DNA of 64,000 nt, taken from an uncultured cyanobacterium. Lineage in GTDB: Bacteria; Cyanobacteriota; Cyanobacteriia; Phormidesmidales; Phormidesmidaceae. The stretch spans positions 576,001-640,000 of the forward strand of contig CAWBZI010000002.1 of NCBI GenBank assembly GCA_963793265.1, given 5' to 3'. Position numbers and translations under genes: made by a program. The notes under the pieces were generated by a model. That model did no database searches and was not told the DNA's origin. It saw nothing but the letters and a program-made list of their open reading frames with translations. Positions 41,857-52,254 of this stretch are shown here, piece after piece (the first letter of the stretch is position 1; the number at the start of each line of letters is the position of its first letter).

Positions 41857-43568
41857 GCGGGGGCGGAGGTGTAGGTGTTGAGTAGCGCGATCGCGTTCTC
41901 CAATGTATCGGCCTCAGCCATCGGCTTGTCATCTCGCCAGCGCAAAATCCGTGGGAAGCGAACGGCAATGCCTGACTTATGCCGCTTGGATTCAGCAATG
42001 CCTTCAAACCCGATTTCAAAGACGTGCAAAGGCTCGACCGATCTCACCGGGCCAAATTTTTCGAGCGTATGCCGACGAATCCAGCGATCCAGCTTCTCAA
42101 TTTCCTTATTGTCTAGACCAGAATAAGCCTTAGTAAACGGCACCAGCGTCTCGCCCTTCCAGAGCGCAAACGTGTAGTCAGTAAACAGGTTCGCCCGTTT
42201 ACCTGTACCTGCTTGCGCGTAAATCAACACGGCGTCTAGCGTCATCGGATCGACTTTGTGCTTCCACCAGTAGCCACGCTTACGGCCTACAAGGTAGGGG
42301 CTGTCTAGCGCTTTGAGCATTAAGCCTTCTGCGCCGTAGGTTCTAGAGTGCGATCGCCATTCTTGAATATCGGCAAAGCTCTCTATTGGTAAGGGATTTG
42401 CATAGCTGATACGGGTTTGAAGCGCGGGGTGATTGTCGATAAGTTGAGTGAGGAGGGTGCGGCGCGATCGCAGCGCCTTCTCCCGAATGTCCTCACCGTC
42501 AATTTCCAGCAAATCGTAAGCAATAAAGTGCACCGGGTTCTCAGCCAGCAGCTTCTTAGTCACCCGCTTACGTCCCAAACGCTTCTGCAAATAATTAAAG
42601 TCCAGCGGCCTAATCGTGCCATCTTTCGCTACGCTCTGCCCATCCCAACACACTACCTCACCATCAATCACGGTGCCCTGTGGCAGCTCCATCATCGCCT
42701 CGGCCAGCTCAGGAAACTGATGCGTCACCAAATCCTCGCCGCGCGACCATATAAACGTCTGCTCGGCCCGATGGATCATCTGAGCGCGAATGCCATCCCA
42801 CTTCCACTCCGTCTGCCAGTCTCTTTTCTCAGCCTCCGCGCCCTCTTCAGATCCTTCATCCTCAGACTCGCAATCAATTTCGGCCGCAAATTTCTCCACA
42901 TCAATTGGCGAGGCCAAAAAGAAAGGATAGGGCTGACTCGGTAGCGTATCGGCATCATCTGGATGCACCAGCGCCTCATAGAACGCTGCTGTCGGCTCAA
43001 TTTCACCCATCAGCCGGTGCGCCAAAACGGCCTCCGTCAGATCATATCCAGCCGCCAGCGCCTTAATCACTAGCTTAGTGCTCACCCCGACCCTAAAAGA
43101 GCCAGTAAGCACCTTATTTAGCACAAAGATCTCGCCCTCTGACAAATTTGCCCACCAGTCAATCACCAAATCCTTAAGCTGATTTTCGTCTGTTTTAGAA
43201 AGCTGCTTGACCTGAGGAATAATATCCTCCATCCATACGTGCAAAGGCGTATTGCTATCAGCATCAGAGGCACCTGTCGGCGCTATTGGCGTATCGCGTA
43301 GCAGTAGCGCGATTGTTTCTGCCGAATCACCCACGTGCGAATAGCTCTCTTCAAATAGCCACTCTGGAATATCTGAAATCTGTAGAAAAATCTCCCGCAA
43401 AATCCGCGACGTAATCAGACGTTTGCGGGTCTTGCCCAGTAGCAAGTAGAGTGCCCACACCGCATTCTCAGGGCGCTCCTGCTGAAAGTAGTGCTGGAGA
43501 GCTTTAACCTTTTCGTTAGTTGATGTCGTCGCATCAACGGCCTTGAAGAGCTGCGTGAACTTTTCCAT
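41853..43568 (-). CDS. ATP-dependent DNA ligase
   Basis: [10 protein letters not shown] adenylation motif, [37 protein letters not shown]. Confidence 0.93.
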   Translation of the reverse strand: MEKFTQLFKAVDATTSTNEKVKALQHYFQQERPENAVWALYLLLGKTRKRLITSRILREIFLQISDIPEWLFEESYSHVGDSAETIALLLRDTPIAPTGASDADSNTPLHVWMEDIIPQVKQLSKTDENQLKDLVIDWWANLSEGEIFVLNKVLTGSFRVGVSTKLVIKALAAGYDLTEAVLAHRLMGEIEPTAAFYEALVHPDDADTLPSQPYPFFLASPIDVEKFAAEIDCESEDEGSEEGAEAEKRDWQTEWKWDGIRAQMIHRAEQTFIWSRGEDLVTHQFPELAEAMMELPQGTVIDGEVVCWDGQSVAKDGTIRPLDFNYLQKRLGRKRVTKKLLAENPVHFIAYDLLEIDGEDIREKALRSRRTLLTQLIDNHPALQTRISYANPLPIESFADIQEWRSHSRTYGAEGLMLKALDSPYLVGRKRGYWWKHKVDPMTLDAVLIYAQAGTGKRANLFTDYTFALWKGETLVPFTKAYSGLDNKEIEKLDRWIRRHTLEKFGPVRSVEPLHVFEIGFEGIAESKRHKSGIAVRFPRILRWRDDKPMAEADTLENAIALLNTYTSAPA

Positions 43569-43789
43569 ATTCTCTGATTTTGCTCCTATTAGTCTCAGGC
43601 CACATCATGCTCTTGGGCATCTATCGCCCTGCTGACATTTTCAGGCTCAAACTAGCTCAAACTCAGATACTTTCTATGGCTAGCGAAACCCACAGCCATT
43701 CATTAAATCATTTGCAGAGATTTAGATCAGTGAGGCAAACACAGATTAGACTGTTAAAGTTCGCAACATTTTGAGATATCGTCATTCCC

Positions 43790-44719
43790 TTGCAGCCTTC
43801 TGACTCCACCTTAGCCAGAAATCGTGTGACTCCCCAGTCTGTTATGAAAAAAGCCAATGAAGCCAACACCACTAGCGGCTCCTTAGAGAATTCTTTAAAG
43901 AGAGAGGTAAAGCCGCCTGCTGTTTCTAGTGAAGAGGCTAAATCGCAAGCCAACGGGCAAACCAACGGGCAAACCAAAGCGATCGCAGGCACACATCAAA
44001 AAAAAGTCAACAATCTCATTCTCAAAAGCAGCGCTAGTCAGAAATCCGTAGCGCTGTTTCATAGGCCATTAAATATCCAAAGCACTGCTAGCTCCGATTC
44101 AGATTCTATGTCTGATATGAGCACTTATTCCATCAGAGACGGTCGCACGTCAATACCCGCGCCCACTACGAACGTCAGACGCCATGCCGTCAATCGCACG
44201 CCTTCCTTCCAGTCGAGCTTTCAGCCTGCTAGCGAAAGTGGTGATCGCATTGCCATTTTCATCGACGGCTCCAACCTTTTCTACGCCGCCTCCCACCTCA
44301 ACATAGAAGTAGACTACCGCCGCCTGCTCACCACCTTAGTTCGGGGCCGTCGCCTGCTACGCGCCTACTTCTACACAGGCGTTGATCCACAAAACGAGAA
44401 GCAGCGCGGTTTTCTCCTTTGGCTTAACCGCCATGGTCACCGCGTCGTAAGCAAAGAACTCGCCCAGCTCTCCGATGGCTCTCGTAAGGCCAATATGCAC
44501 GTCGAAATGGCCGTTGATATGATGCGTATTTCTGAATACTGCTCGACTCTGACGCTGCTTGGTGGAGATGGAAATTTAGCTTACGCTCTGCAAGTTCTTT
44601 CTCAGCGTGGTACCTCTATCGAGGTTGTGAGCCTGCAATCTATGACCAGCGATAGCCTGATTGATCTTGCGGATTCGTACACAGATTTAGCGGATCTGAA
44701 AGATGAGATTAGGCGATAG
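43790..44719 (+). CDS. NYN domain (LabA/DUF88 family) protein with long low-complexity N-terminus; start uncertain
   Basis: IAIFIDGSNLFYA, LLRAYFYTG, RKAN..VEMAVDMM, GDGNLAYA. Confidence 0.85.
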   Translation: MQPSDSTLARNRVTPQSVMKKANEANTTSGSLENSLKREVKPPAVSSEEAKSQANGQTNGQTKAIAGTHQKKVNNLILKSSASQKSVALFHRPLNIQSTASSDSDSMSDMSTYSIRDGRTSIPAPTTNVRRHAVNRTPSFQSSFQPASESGDRIAIFIDGSNLFYAASHLNIEVDYRRLLTTLVRGRRLLRAYFYTGVDPQNEKQRGFLLWLNRHGHRVVSKELAQLSDGSRKANMHVEMAVDMMRISEYCSTLTLLGGDGNLAYALQVLSQRGTSIEVVSLQSMTSDSLIDLADSYTDLADLKDEIRR

Positions 44720-44738
44720 AGAATAGGAGGCATACATC

Positions 44739-44782
44739 AAAAAGCCCCAGACTCTTAGCAAAGATTAAGTCTGGGGCTTTTT
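44739..44782. terminator. Bidirectional intrinsic terminator
   Basis: AAAAAGCCCCAGACT..AGTCTGGGGCTTTTT between convergent genes. Confidence 0.85.
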
Positions 44783-44815
44783 AGGATTTTGTCTATGTCG
44801 GTCTATACCAAAGGT

Positions 44816-45382
44816 CTACGCTTTACGCTTTACCCGAGCAAAACCAATGCAGGCTGCCGCTACGGCAATTGAGCCCACAGCCATCAAAGGTGAGCTGGCA
44901 TAGTGCACATCCTGCACTTCATCGCCCTGAGCGATCAAATCAGCTTCAATACCTTCTTCACTCACTGGCACATGAATAATATCGCTGTGCCCAGCTCGGT
45001 TAATCTTCACTTCCCACTCGCCAGGAAGGGCAGCATTAGGCGAGAAAGTGTATCGGCCCTGGCTGTCTGTAAGGCCAGTTGCGTAGGGTCTGAAAGACTG
45101 ATCGGGAGCATAGACGGTGACTTTAGCGCCCTTGAGCGGCTGGCCATTGCTGAACGTAGTATGTAGCTCTAGAGAACTAGCTTCAGTCGGTTGAACAGCA
45201 GGTTCTGGGCTTGTAGCTTCCGGGGTCGTCAGCTCAGGGATCGCTGGAGCAGCGTCTTGAAAGCTATTGCCTTTCAAAATATAGTTGGTCTGTACCTGGT
45301 GAGCAAACGCGGTAGTGGGGACGCTTGCCATACCCGCAGCAGCGAGCACAAGGAACGTATTGCGAAAAAATTGCTGTTTCAT
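44816..45382 (-). CDS. Secreted, C-terminally anchored carboxypeptidase-regulatory-like domain protein
   Basis: Signal peptide ending AFA|H, FSNGQPL.GA.V.VYAP, G.TD.QGRY.F.P, PG.W.V, GH; C-terminal TM. Confidence 0.7.
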   Translation of the reverse strand: MKQQFFRNTFLVLAAAGMASVPTTAFAHQVQTNYILKGNSFQDAAPAIPELTTPEATSPEPAVQPTEASSLELHTTFSNGQPLKGAKVTVYAPDQSFRPYATGLTDSQGRYTFSPNAALPGEWEVKINRAGHSDIIHVPVSEEGIEADLIAQGDEVQDVHYASSPLMAVGSIAVAAACIGFARVKRKA

Positions 45383-45570
45383 AGAATTACCCTCTTTGGG
45401 CCTTTGGGTAGTTGTTCAGAAAAGTTTGACTTCAGTAGAACGATCAACTCTAGGTTTGCCCAATAATAACGTGGACATAACAAGTCGTCTCGATTTGACC
45501 ATATTACGGGCTTACTTGCTCTTACGCAGGTAGCTAGGGCCAATCAGGGAATTGGTTCATCCGACTGAAC

Positions 45571-45843
45571 TTATTCAACCGGCAAATCGAGCAGGTCTTT
45601 AGCATCCCACTTCAGCACAGAAGCCTCTACGCCCTCGGTTTGCTTGCGCTTAGAGTCAGCCTCAAACCAGGCAATAATTTGCTCGTTAGTCAGCGCCTCT
45701 ACAGTCGTATTAAGGTCTTTAGCAATATAGGTCAAAAGCTTGCTCGTCGAGAGCGTTAGCCGGGTCAAAAACTTTTCGGGGGTCGTGAGCAAGGCTGCAT
45801 CTACGGCGGCGGACTCTTCAGGCGTTAAAAACTGTAGCGACAT
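45571..45843 (-). CDS. Conserved hypothetical protein
   Basis: 90-aa ORF 4 nt downstream of sufR; F.TPEES..VDAALL...EKFLTRL pattern. Confidence 0.7.
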   Translation of the reverse strand: MSLQFLTPEESAAVDAALLTTPEKFLTRLTLSTSKLLTYIAKDLNTTVEALTNEQIIAWFEADSKRKQTEGVEASVLKWDAKDLLDLPVE

Positions 45844-45847
45844 AGCG

Positions 45848-46498
45848 TTAGTGTTGATCTTTAGTTTTGACGAGGTAGCCGCACTGATGTTCGCCGTTGA
45901 CGAGCCAGTGGGTGCGCTCTACTGAGCAGTCGGGGAGGGCGATCGCAAACATCGCTAGCTCATGACCACACACGGTAGGGTAAGACTCGGCAATATGGGC
46001 GATCGCACAGTTATATTCAGTAATCACAAACGCCGCCGCATCCTCTTCGGCCGCCGGATGACACTCCGCCATATAGCCTTCTGCCTGCCTCAGCTTCACC
46101 AATGTCTGCATCCGATCTGCTAGTGGAGCCTCACCCAGCTTTTCCCTATATTCTTTCGCCTTACTTTGCCACTGGTGCTTTAGAAGCTTACTCACGTGCT
46201 CGGGGCCCATCGTATCGGCCACCGTATTCAGCAGCGACAGCGCAAACTGATCGTACTGATCGGGAAAATGCTCTCGGCCCTTACGACTAAGCTGATACAC
46301 ATGGTTAGGCCGACCAATCCCCTCTTGAGCGCTCTGGTGCTCAATGAGTTCGCTAGATTCTAAGGTTTTAAGATGGCGACGAATAGCTTGAGGTGTGACT
46401 TGGAGGTGACGAGCGATCGCGCCTGCATTTGCCGTTCCACGCTTAAGCAAAAAGCGTAAAATGTCCTCTCTTATAGATGGGGTCTGTTGAGAAGTCAT
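45848..46498 (-). CDS. sufR: Fe-S cluster biosynthesis transcriptional regulator SufR (start moved to ATG 46498)
   Basis: N-terminal HTH (QAIRRHLK.LE, GRP), LR..EGYMA, NC-x12-C..E-C-x14-C ligand pattern; divergent from sufB. Confidence 0.93.
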   Translation of the reverse strand: MTSQQTPSIREDILRFLLKRGTANAGAIARHLQVTPQAIRRHLKTLESSELIEHQSAQEGIGRPNHVYQLSRKGREHFPDQYDQFALSLLNTVADTMGPEHVSKLLKHQWQSKAKEYREKLGEAPLADRMQTLVKLRQAEGYMAECHPAAEEDAAAFVITEYNCAIAHIAESYPTVCGHELAMFAIALPDCSVERTHWLVNGEHQCGYLVKTKDQH

Positions 46499-46602
46499 TT
46501 CCTCGCGCAAAGATCTCCGTAGGTAGTTTGGCAGTCTGTAGTTTGGCAAGCAGTCTATAGATAGGATGAACCGTCCTAAATGCAACGGTTTGTTCACAAT
46601 AC

Positions 46603-46674
46603 TTTAGAAACACTTTTGTTGCTAAAGTAGGGTTATTAAAGTAATCTTTAAACAGTTAAACAACCAGTGCGTTG
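46603..46674. promoter_or_regulatory. Two SufR operator-like inverted repeats
   Basis: TTTAG-AAAC-N6-GTTG-CTAAA (46603-46626) and perfect CAAC-N6-GTTG (46661-46674). Confidence 0.8.
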
Positions 46675-46818
46675 CTTAACTACTTTTCAATCTTAGACCA
46701 AAATCATCGGTTGCATCTGCCATATCCTCATTTACCGATTGCGTAGTTTGCCTTTGAGGTTTTAGTCTCTTTTCCCAATCGTCCCCCGATAAAACGTAAA
46801 CTTCTCCCCTTTAGCACA

Positions 46819-47184
46819 ATGAGCGCTCCCAATCCTCTCCAAGGCTCAGATAAAAGCCTTGAAATCATGCGAAATTTTGCCCAAAGCTACGCTAAGCGTA
46901 CGGGTACTTACTTTTGCCAAGATCTAGGCGTCACCGCCGTTGTGCTCGAGGGTTTGGCTAAACACAAAGACGATTTGGGCGCACCCCTATGCCCCTGTCG
47001 GCACTACGAAGACAAAGAAGCCGAAGCAAAAGCTTCTTACTGGAACTGTCCTTGCGTACCCATGCAAGAGCGCCAAGAATGCCATTGCATGTTATTTCTC
47101 ACCGAAGAAAATCCATTCTCCGGCACCGAGCAAGCGATTACCTTTGAGCAAATCCGCACCGAGACAGGCGCAGTCAAGTCATAA
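46819..47184 (+). CDS. ftrC: Ferredoxin-thioredoxin reductase catalytic subunit
   Basis: LCPCRHY, WNCPCVPM, ECHCMLF. Confidence 0.96.
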   Translation: MSAPNPLQGSDKSLEIMRNFAQSYAKRTGTYFCQDLGVTAVVLEGLAKHKDDLGAPLCPCRHYEDKEAEAKASYWNCPCVPMQERQECHCMLFLTEENPFSGTEQAITFEQIRTETGAVKS

Positions 47185-47262
47185 GCCTTAAGGTTTGAAA
47201 ATTCAAGGCTTAGAGTCTCCCTCCACTGAATCCTCACACACCCTTCAAAAGCAGCCCCAACA

Positions 47263-48705
47263 ATGACATCCAGCGTTCAAACTGTTGTTAGCCAACCCTA
47301 TAAATACGGTTTTACCACTGATATCGAAACCGATTCGCTTCCTCGTGGCTTGAATGAGGACGTGATTCGGGCGATTTCAGTGAAGAAGAACGAGCCGGAA
47401 TTTATGCTGGACTTTAGGCTTAAAGCCTATCGTCGCTGGCTGAAGATGACGGAGCCTTCCTGGCCGAATGTGACGCATCCACCCATCGACTACAACGAGA
47501 TTGTCTACTACTCTGCGCCCAAGCAAAACGTAGAGAAAAAGCTAGACAGCCTTGATGATGTCGATCCAGCGCTGCTAGAGACTTTTGACAAGCTAGGCAT
47601 CTCTATTAACGAGCAAAAGCGCCTGGCAAACGTAGCGGTAGACGTCATTTTTGACAGCGTTTCTATCGCCACTACTTTTAAGAAGGATCTTGCCAAGCAC
47701 GGCGTTATCTTCTGCTCTATTTCTGAGGCAGTTCAAGATCATCCTGAACTGATTGAGAAGTATATGGGCAGCGTCATTCCGGTGGGCGACAACTATTTCA
47801 CAGCGCTCAACTCAGCGGTCTTCACAGACGGATCTTTCGTCTACATTCCAAAGGGCGTGAAGTGTCCGATGGATCTATCGACTTACTTCCGTATCAACAA
47901 CGGCGACTCGGGTCAGTTTGAGCGGACGCTGATTGTGGCTGAAGAAGGTAGTTCTGTTACTTACTTGGAAGGCTGTACGGCCCCAATGTACGACAGCAAT
48001 CAGCTTCACGCTGCGGTCGTTGAGCTAGTCGCTTTAGACAACGCAGAGATTAAATACTCTACCGTGCAGAATTGGTACGCTGGCGACGAAGACGGCAAAG
48101 GCGGCATTTATAACTTTGTGACCAAGCGCGGGCTGTGCAAGGGCGTTAATTCCAAAATCTCCTGGACTCAGGTAGAAACGGGTTCAGCGATTACCTGGAA
48201 ATATCCTAGCTGTGTGCTGGTGGGCGATAATTCAGTGGGCGAGTTTTACTCGGTAGCCCTAACAAACCACCGTCAGCAGGCAGACACAGGTACCAAGATG
48301 GTGCATGTCGGTAAAAACACTCGCAGCACGATTATCTCTAAAGGTATCTCTGCCGGTAAGTCTAAAAATAGCTATCGCGGCCTGGTGCAGATAAATCCTA
48401 AAGCAGAAGGTGCTCGCAACTACTCACAGTGCGACTCTATGCTGCTAGGCGATACTTCTAACGCCAACACATTCCCATACATTCAGGTACAAAACAGCAC
48501 GGCTCAAGTAGAGCACGAGGCGTCCACCTCCAAGATTGGTGAAGACCAACTGTTCTACTTTGCTCAGCGCGGCATTTCACCAGAAGACGCAGTGTCGATG
48601 CTCGTTAGCGGCTTTTGTCGCGACGTATTCAACGAGCTGCCCATGGAATTTGCGGCTGAGGCCGATAAGCTATTGAGCTTGAAACTAGAAAACTCTGTCG
48701 GATAA
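47263..48705 (+). CDS. sufB: Fe-S cluster assembly protein SufB
   Basis: [47 protein letters not shown]. Confidence 0.97.
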   Translation: MTSSVQTVVSQPYKYGFTTDIETDSLPRGLNEDVIRAISVKKNEPEFMLDFRLKAYRRWLKMTEPSWPNVTHPPIDYNEIVYYSAPKQNVEKKLDSLDDVDPALLETFDKLGISINEQKRLANVAVDVIFDSVSIATTFKKDLAKHGVIFCSISEAVQDHPELIEKYMGSVIPVGDNYFTALNSAVFTDGSFVYIPKGVKCPMDLSTYFRINNGDSGQFERTLIVAEEGSSVTYLEGCTAPMYDSNQLHAAVVELVALDNAEIKYSTVQNWYAGDEDGKGGIYNFVTKRGLCKGVNSKISWTQVETGSAITWKYPSCVLVGDNSVGEFYSVALTNHRQQADTGTKMVHVGKNTRSTIISKGISAGKSKNSYRGLVQINPKAEGARNYSQCDSMLLGDTSNANTFPYIQVQNSTAQVEHEASTSKIGEDQLFYFAQRGISPEDAVSMLVSGFCRDVFNELPMEFAAEADKLLSLKLENSVG

Positions 48706-48720
48706 AACAACACTTCAGTA

Positions 48721-49500
48721 ATGATCAACGAAAACGCCGATACTATTCTTTCCGTCCGTAACCTTCATGCCAGCGTAGAAGGCACAGAAATTCTCAAAGG
48801 CGTCAACTTTGAGGTGAAGGCGGGAGAGATTCACGCCATTATGGGGCTTAATGGCTCAGGCAAAAGTACCTTTTCTAAAGTGCTAGCGGGTCATCCTGAC
48901 TACGAAGTCACGGCTGGAGAAGTGCTGTTTAAGGGCCAAGACCTGATGGCATTAGAGCCGCACGAGCGGGCTAATTCTGGTGTGTTTCTAGCCTTTCAAT
49001 ATCCATTAGAGATTCCAGGCGTGAGCAACCGTGACTTTTTACGAGTTGCTTATAACGCTCACCGTCAGGCTAATGGTGAAGAAGAAATTGACGTGTTTGA
49101 TTTTGACGACTTGGTAGAAGATCGTTCTGAAATCGTCAAAATGGACGTTAGCTTTTTGGATCGCAGCGTGAACGAAGGCTTTTCAGGCGGTGAGAAGAAG
49201 CGCAATGAGATTTTGCAGATGGCGCTGTTGCAGCCTCACCTAGCGATTTTAGATGAGACAGATTCAGGCTTAGATATTGACGCTTTGAAAGTTGTTTCGG
49301 GTGGCGTTAATCAGTTGAGCACCGACGATAACGCGACTGTTTTAATTACGCACTACCAGCGGCTGCTGAACTACATCGTGCCTGATTATGTGCATGTGAT
49401 GTCTCAAGGGCGCATCGTCAAGACAGGCGGTAAAGAGCTGGCTCAAGAGCTTGAGTCTCGCGGCTATGACTGGATTACGGCTGAGGGGGTAGCAGCGTGA
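48721..49500 (+). CDS. sufC: Fe-S cluster assembly ATPase SufC
   Basis: [41 protein letters not shown]. Confidence 0.97.
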   Translation: MINENADTILSVRNLHASVEGTEILKGVNFEVKAGEIHAIMGLNGSGKSTFSKVLAGHPDYEVTAGEVLFKGQDLMALEPHERANSGVFLAFQYPLEIPGVSNRDFLRVAYNAHRQANGEEEIDVFDFDDLVEDRSEIVKMDVSFLDRSVNEGFSGGEKKRNEILQMALLQPHLAILDETDSGLDIDALKVVSGGVNQLSTDDNATVLITHYQRLLNYIVPDYVHVMSQGRIVKTGGKELAQELESRGYDWITAEGVAA

Positions 49501-50849
49501 GTACGACCAGTACGACTGAGCAGTCAATATCGGCTAAGCGTCAAACGTATTTGAAGCATTTGCTGACTCAGGCGGTTGAGGCTTCCGATGCTTCGGGTTT
49601 GGGATTGAAGAAGTTGAGAGAAGAGGCGATCGCACAAGTCAGCGACCGATCTTTCCCCCACGGCAAAACCGAAGAATGGCGCTTCACCGATCTCTCTGAA
49701 ATGCTGTCTCTTCCCTTTCAAAGCGCCAGTACAGCACCAGTAGACAACAAGCTATCTGCGCATCTCACGCTCCTAGAGGACGGTTATAGACTAGCCACTA
49801 TTAACGGTCACTACGACGAATCTATTTCGGTAAAAGGTCGTGCTGTCGCTGCGCCGAAGCTACCGGAAGGGGCGGTTATTGCGCCATTATCTAAGCTGAT
49901 TGCCCACCCTGATTATGGCGATCGCGTCGCTAGAATAGTCTCAGAACGACTCGCTAAAGTTGAAGGCAGCGAGGAAGTCTTTACAGCGCTAAACACCGCT
50001 GGATTCTCTGATGTGATGGTGATTTGGATTCGAGCCGATCAGGTGATCGAACAGCCCATTCATATTGCTCGCGGGTCTGAAGGCGATGGAATCGCTCACT
50101 TGCGATCGCTCATCATTGCCGAACCCAACGCTAAGTTCACCCTCATAGAATCCTTCTGGGGCGATGCCGAACAAACTCGATGCAACACCAGCGTCACTGA
50201 ATTCTTAATTGCCCAAGGCGCACAGGTTACTCATGTGCGTCTCCAAGACGAAGGCGCACAGACCTTTCATATCGGCAAGACAGCGGTTTCTCAAGCCGCA
50301 GACAGCCGCTACCATTGCACCTCTCTAGACTTAGGCGGCAAGCTATCTCGCCACCATCACGAGATTTATCAGCAGGGGCCGCAGACAGATACTCATTTGT
50401 ACGGACTGAGTGCGTTGAGCGATCGCCAACTTGCAGATACCCACAGTCTGATTGCACTGACTCATCCTCACGGCAGCGCTACCCAGGTTCAAAAAAACGT
50501 AGTTGATGATCAAGCCCACAGCGTCTTTAACGGCAGAGTTTACGTCGCTCGCGAGGCTCAGTTTACGAACGCAGCTCAGCTCAACCGAAATCTGATGATT
50601 TCTAGCAAAGCGCGGATAGACACTAAACCTGAGCTAGACATTGTTGCTGATAACGTTAAATGCGCGCACGGTGCCACGGTCAGTCAGTTGCAAGCCGATG
50701 AAGTCTTCTATCTTCAGAGCCGAGGAATCGATGCCGCACAGGCCCAGAGACTTTTACTGTACGGCTTTGCAATGGAGATCGTTGAAAAAATTACGGTTGC
50801 TCCGCTGCGTCAGTCTTTGAGCGATCGCGTTGCTCAGTGGGCTCGCTAA
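49497..50849 (+). CDS. sufD: Fe-S cluster assembly protein SufD
   Basis: [38 protein letters not shown]. Confidence 0.95.
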   Translation: MSTTSTTEQSISAKRQTYLKHLLTQAVEASDASGLGLKKLREEAIAQVSDRSFPHGKTEEWRFTDLSEMLSLPFQSASTAPVDNKLSAHLTLLEDGYRLATINGHYDESISVKGRAVAAPKLPEGAVIAPLSKLIAHPDYGDRVARIVSERLAKVEGSEEVFTALNTAGFSDVMVIWIRADQVIEQPIHIARGSEGDGIAHLRSLIIAEPNAKFTLIESFWGDAEQTRCNTSVTEFLIAQGAQVTHVRLQDEGAQTFHIGKTAVSQAADSRYHCTSLDLGGKLSRHHHEIYQQGPQTDTHLYGLSALSDRQLADTHSLIALTHPHGSATQVQKNVVDDQAHSVFNGRVYVAREAQFTNAAQLNRNLMISSKARIDTKPELDIVADNVKCAHGATVSQLQADEVFYLQSRGIDAAQAQRLLLYGFAMEIVEKITVAPLRQSLSDRVAQWAR

Positions 50850-50907
50850 GCGATCTACAAAAACCTCCCTACTCCCCCACCTCCAAAAAACCGCTCGCCC
50901 CACCACT

Positions 50908-52176
50908 ATGCCTACCACCACCCTCCAAAAAACGCTCCTCGCTGACGAAGTTCGCGCCGACTTCCCCATCCTTCACCAGCAGGTCAACGGCCAGCCCCTC
51001 GTCTATCTAGACAACGCGGCCACCTCCCAAAAGCCGCAGGCAGTGCTAGATGCCATGACGCACTACTACGAGGCTGATAATGCCAACGTGCATCGGGGCG
51101 TTCATACCCTGAGCGCGCGCGCAACTGAAGCCTATGAAGGGGCTCGGGACAAAGTAGCTGCCTTTGTGAATGCTGCCTCCCGTGACGAGATTGTATTCAC
51201 TCGTAACGCTAGCGAAGCGATTAATTTAGTCGCTTACGCATGGGGCCTTAATGAACTCTCGCCGGGCGATGAAATTTTGCTATCGGTGATGGAGCACCAC
51301 AGTAACTTAGTACCCTGGCAGCTCATTGCTAAGCGGACGGGCGCGGTGCTCAAACATGTGCCCTTGAACGAAGCACAGTCATTTGATTTAGACGCATTCA
51401 AGCAGCTCATCAACGATAAAACTAAGTTAGTAGCCGTCAATCACGTTTCCAACACACTAGGGTGCATTAACCCTGTGCGAGAGATTGTAGAAACTGCGCA
51501 CAAGTACGGCGCTAAAGTTTTGATCGATGCCTGTCAGAGTGTGCCGCACATGCCGGTAGACGTGCAGGCGCTTGACTGTGATTGGCTAGTAGCCTCGGGC
51601 CATAAAATGTGCGGGCCAACTGGCGCGGGTTTTTTGTACGGCAAGCTTGGTGTGCTTCAGGCAATGCCGCCTTTCATGGGTGGTGGTGAGATGATTCAAG
51701 ACGTATTTTTGGATCATTCGACCTATGCTGAGCTGCCGCATAAGTTTGAAGCAGGGACGCCAGCGATCGCAGAAGCCGTCGTTTTGGGTGCAGCCGTAGA
51801 CTACCTGAACAAAATTGGGATGGATCGAATTGCGGACTACGAGCATCAGCTCACTGCGCATTTGTATGACCGGCTGAGCGAAGTGCCCAAGCTGAATTTG
51901 TATGGGCCTAAGCCAGCAGCAGACGGGACGGGGAGAGCCGCGATCGCAACCTTCACCGTCGATGGCGTTCACGCCCAAGACCTCTCTACTTTTCTAGATC
52001 AATCAGGCGTTGCCATTCGCTCGGGTCATCACTGCACCCAGCCGCTTCACACGCTTCTAGGCGTTGACTCCACCGCCAGAGCTAGCCTGTACTTTTACAA
52101 TACGCCCGCTGAAATCGATACCTTCATCAAGTCGCTTAAAGAAACTATTGACTTCTTCGGTACCGTTTTCGACTAG
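50908..52176 (+). CDS. sufS: Cysteine desulfurase SufS (start moved to ATG 50908)
   Basis: [24 protein letters not shown] lysine, [15 protein letters not shown]. Confidence 0.97.
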   Translation: MPTTTLQKTLLADEVRADFPILHQQVNGQPLVYLDNAATSQKPQAVLDAMTHYYEADNANVHRGVHTLSARATEAYEGARDKVAAFVNAASRDEIVFTRNASEAINLVAYAWGLNELSPGDEILLSVMEHHSNLVPWQLIAKRTGAVLKHVPLNEAQSFDLDAFKQLINDKTKLVAVNHVSNTLGCINPVREIVETAHKYGAKVLIDACQSVPHMPVDVQALDCDWLVASGHKMCGPTGAGFLYGKLGVLQAMPPFMGGGEMIQDVFLDHSTYAELPHKFEAGTPAIAEAVVLGAAVDYLNKIGMDRIADYEHQLTAHLYDRLSEVPKLNLYGPKPAADGTGRAAIATFTVDGVHAQDLSTFLDQSGVAIRSGHHCTQPLHTLLGVDSTARASLYFYNTPAEIDTFIKSLKETIDFFGTVFD

Positions 52177-52254
52177 ATAAGGCAGGTAAAGACCCCTTTC
52201 TTATCAATTACGATAGTTTTAACTGAGGTAAAGGCACTCTAGGGGCATTCATCG

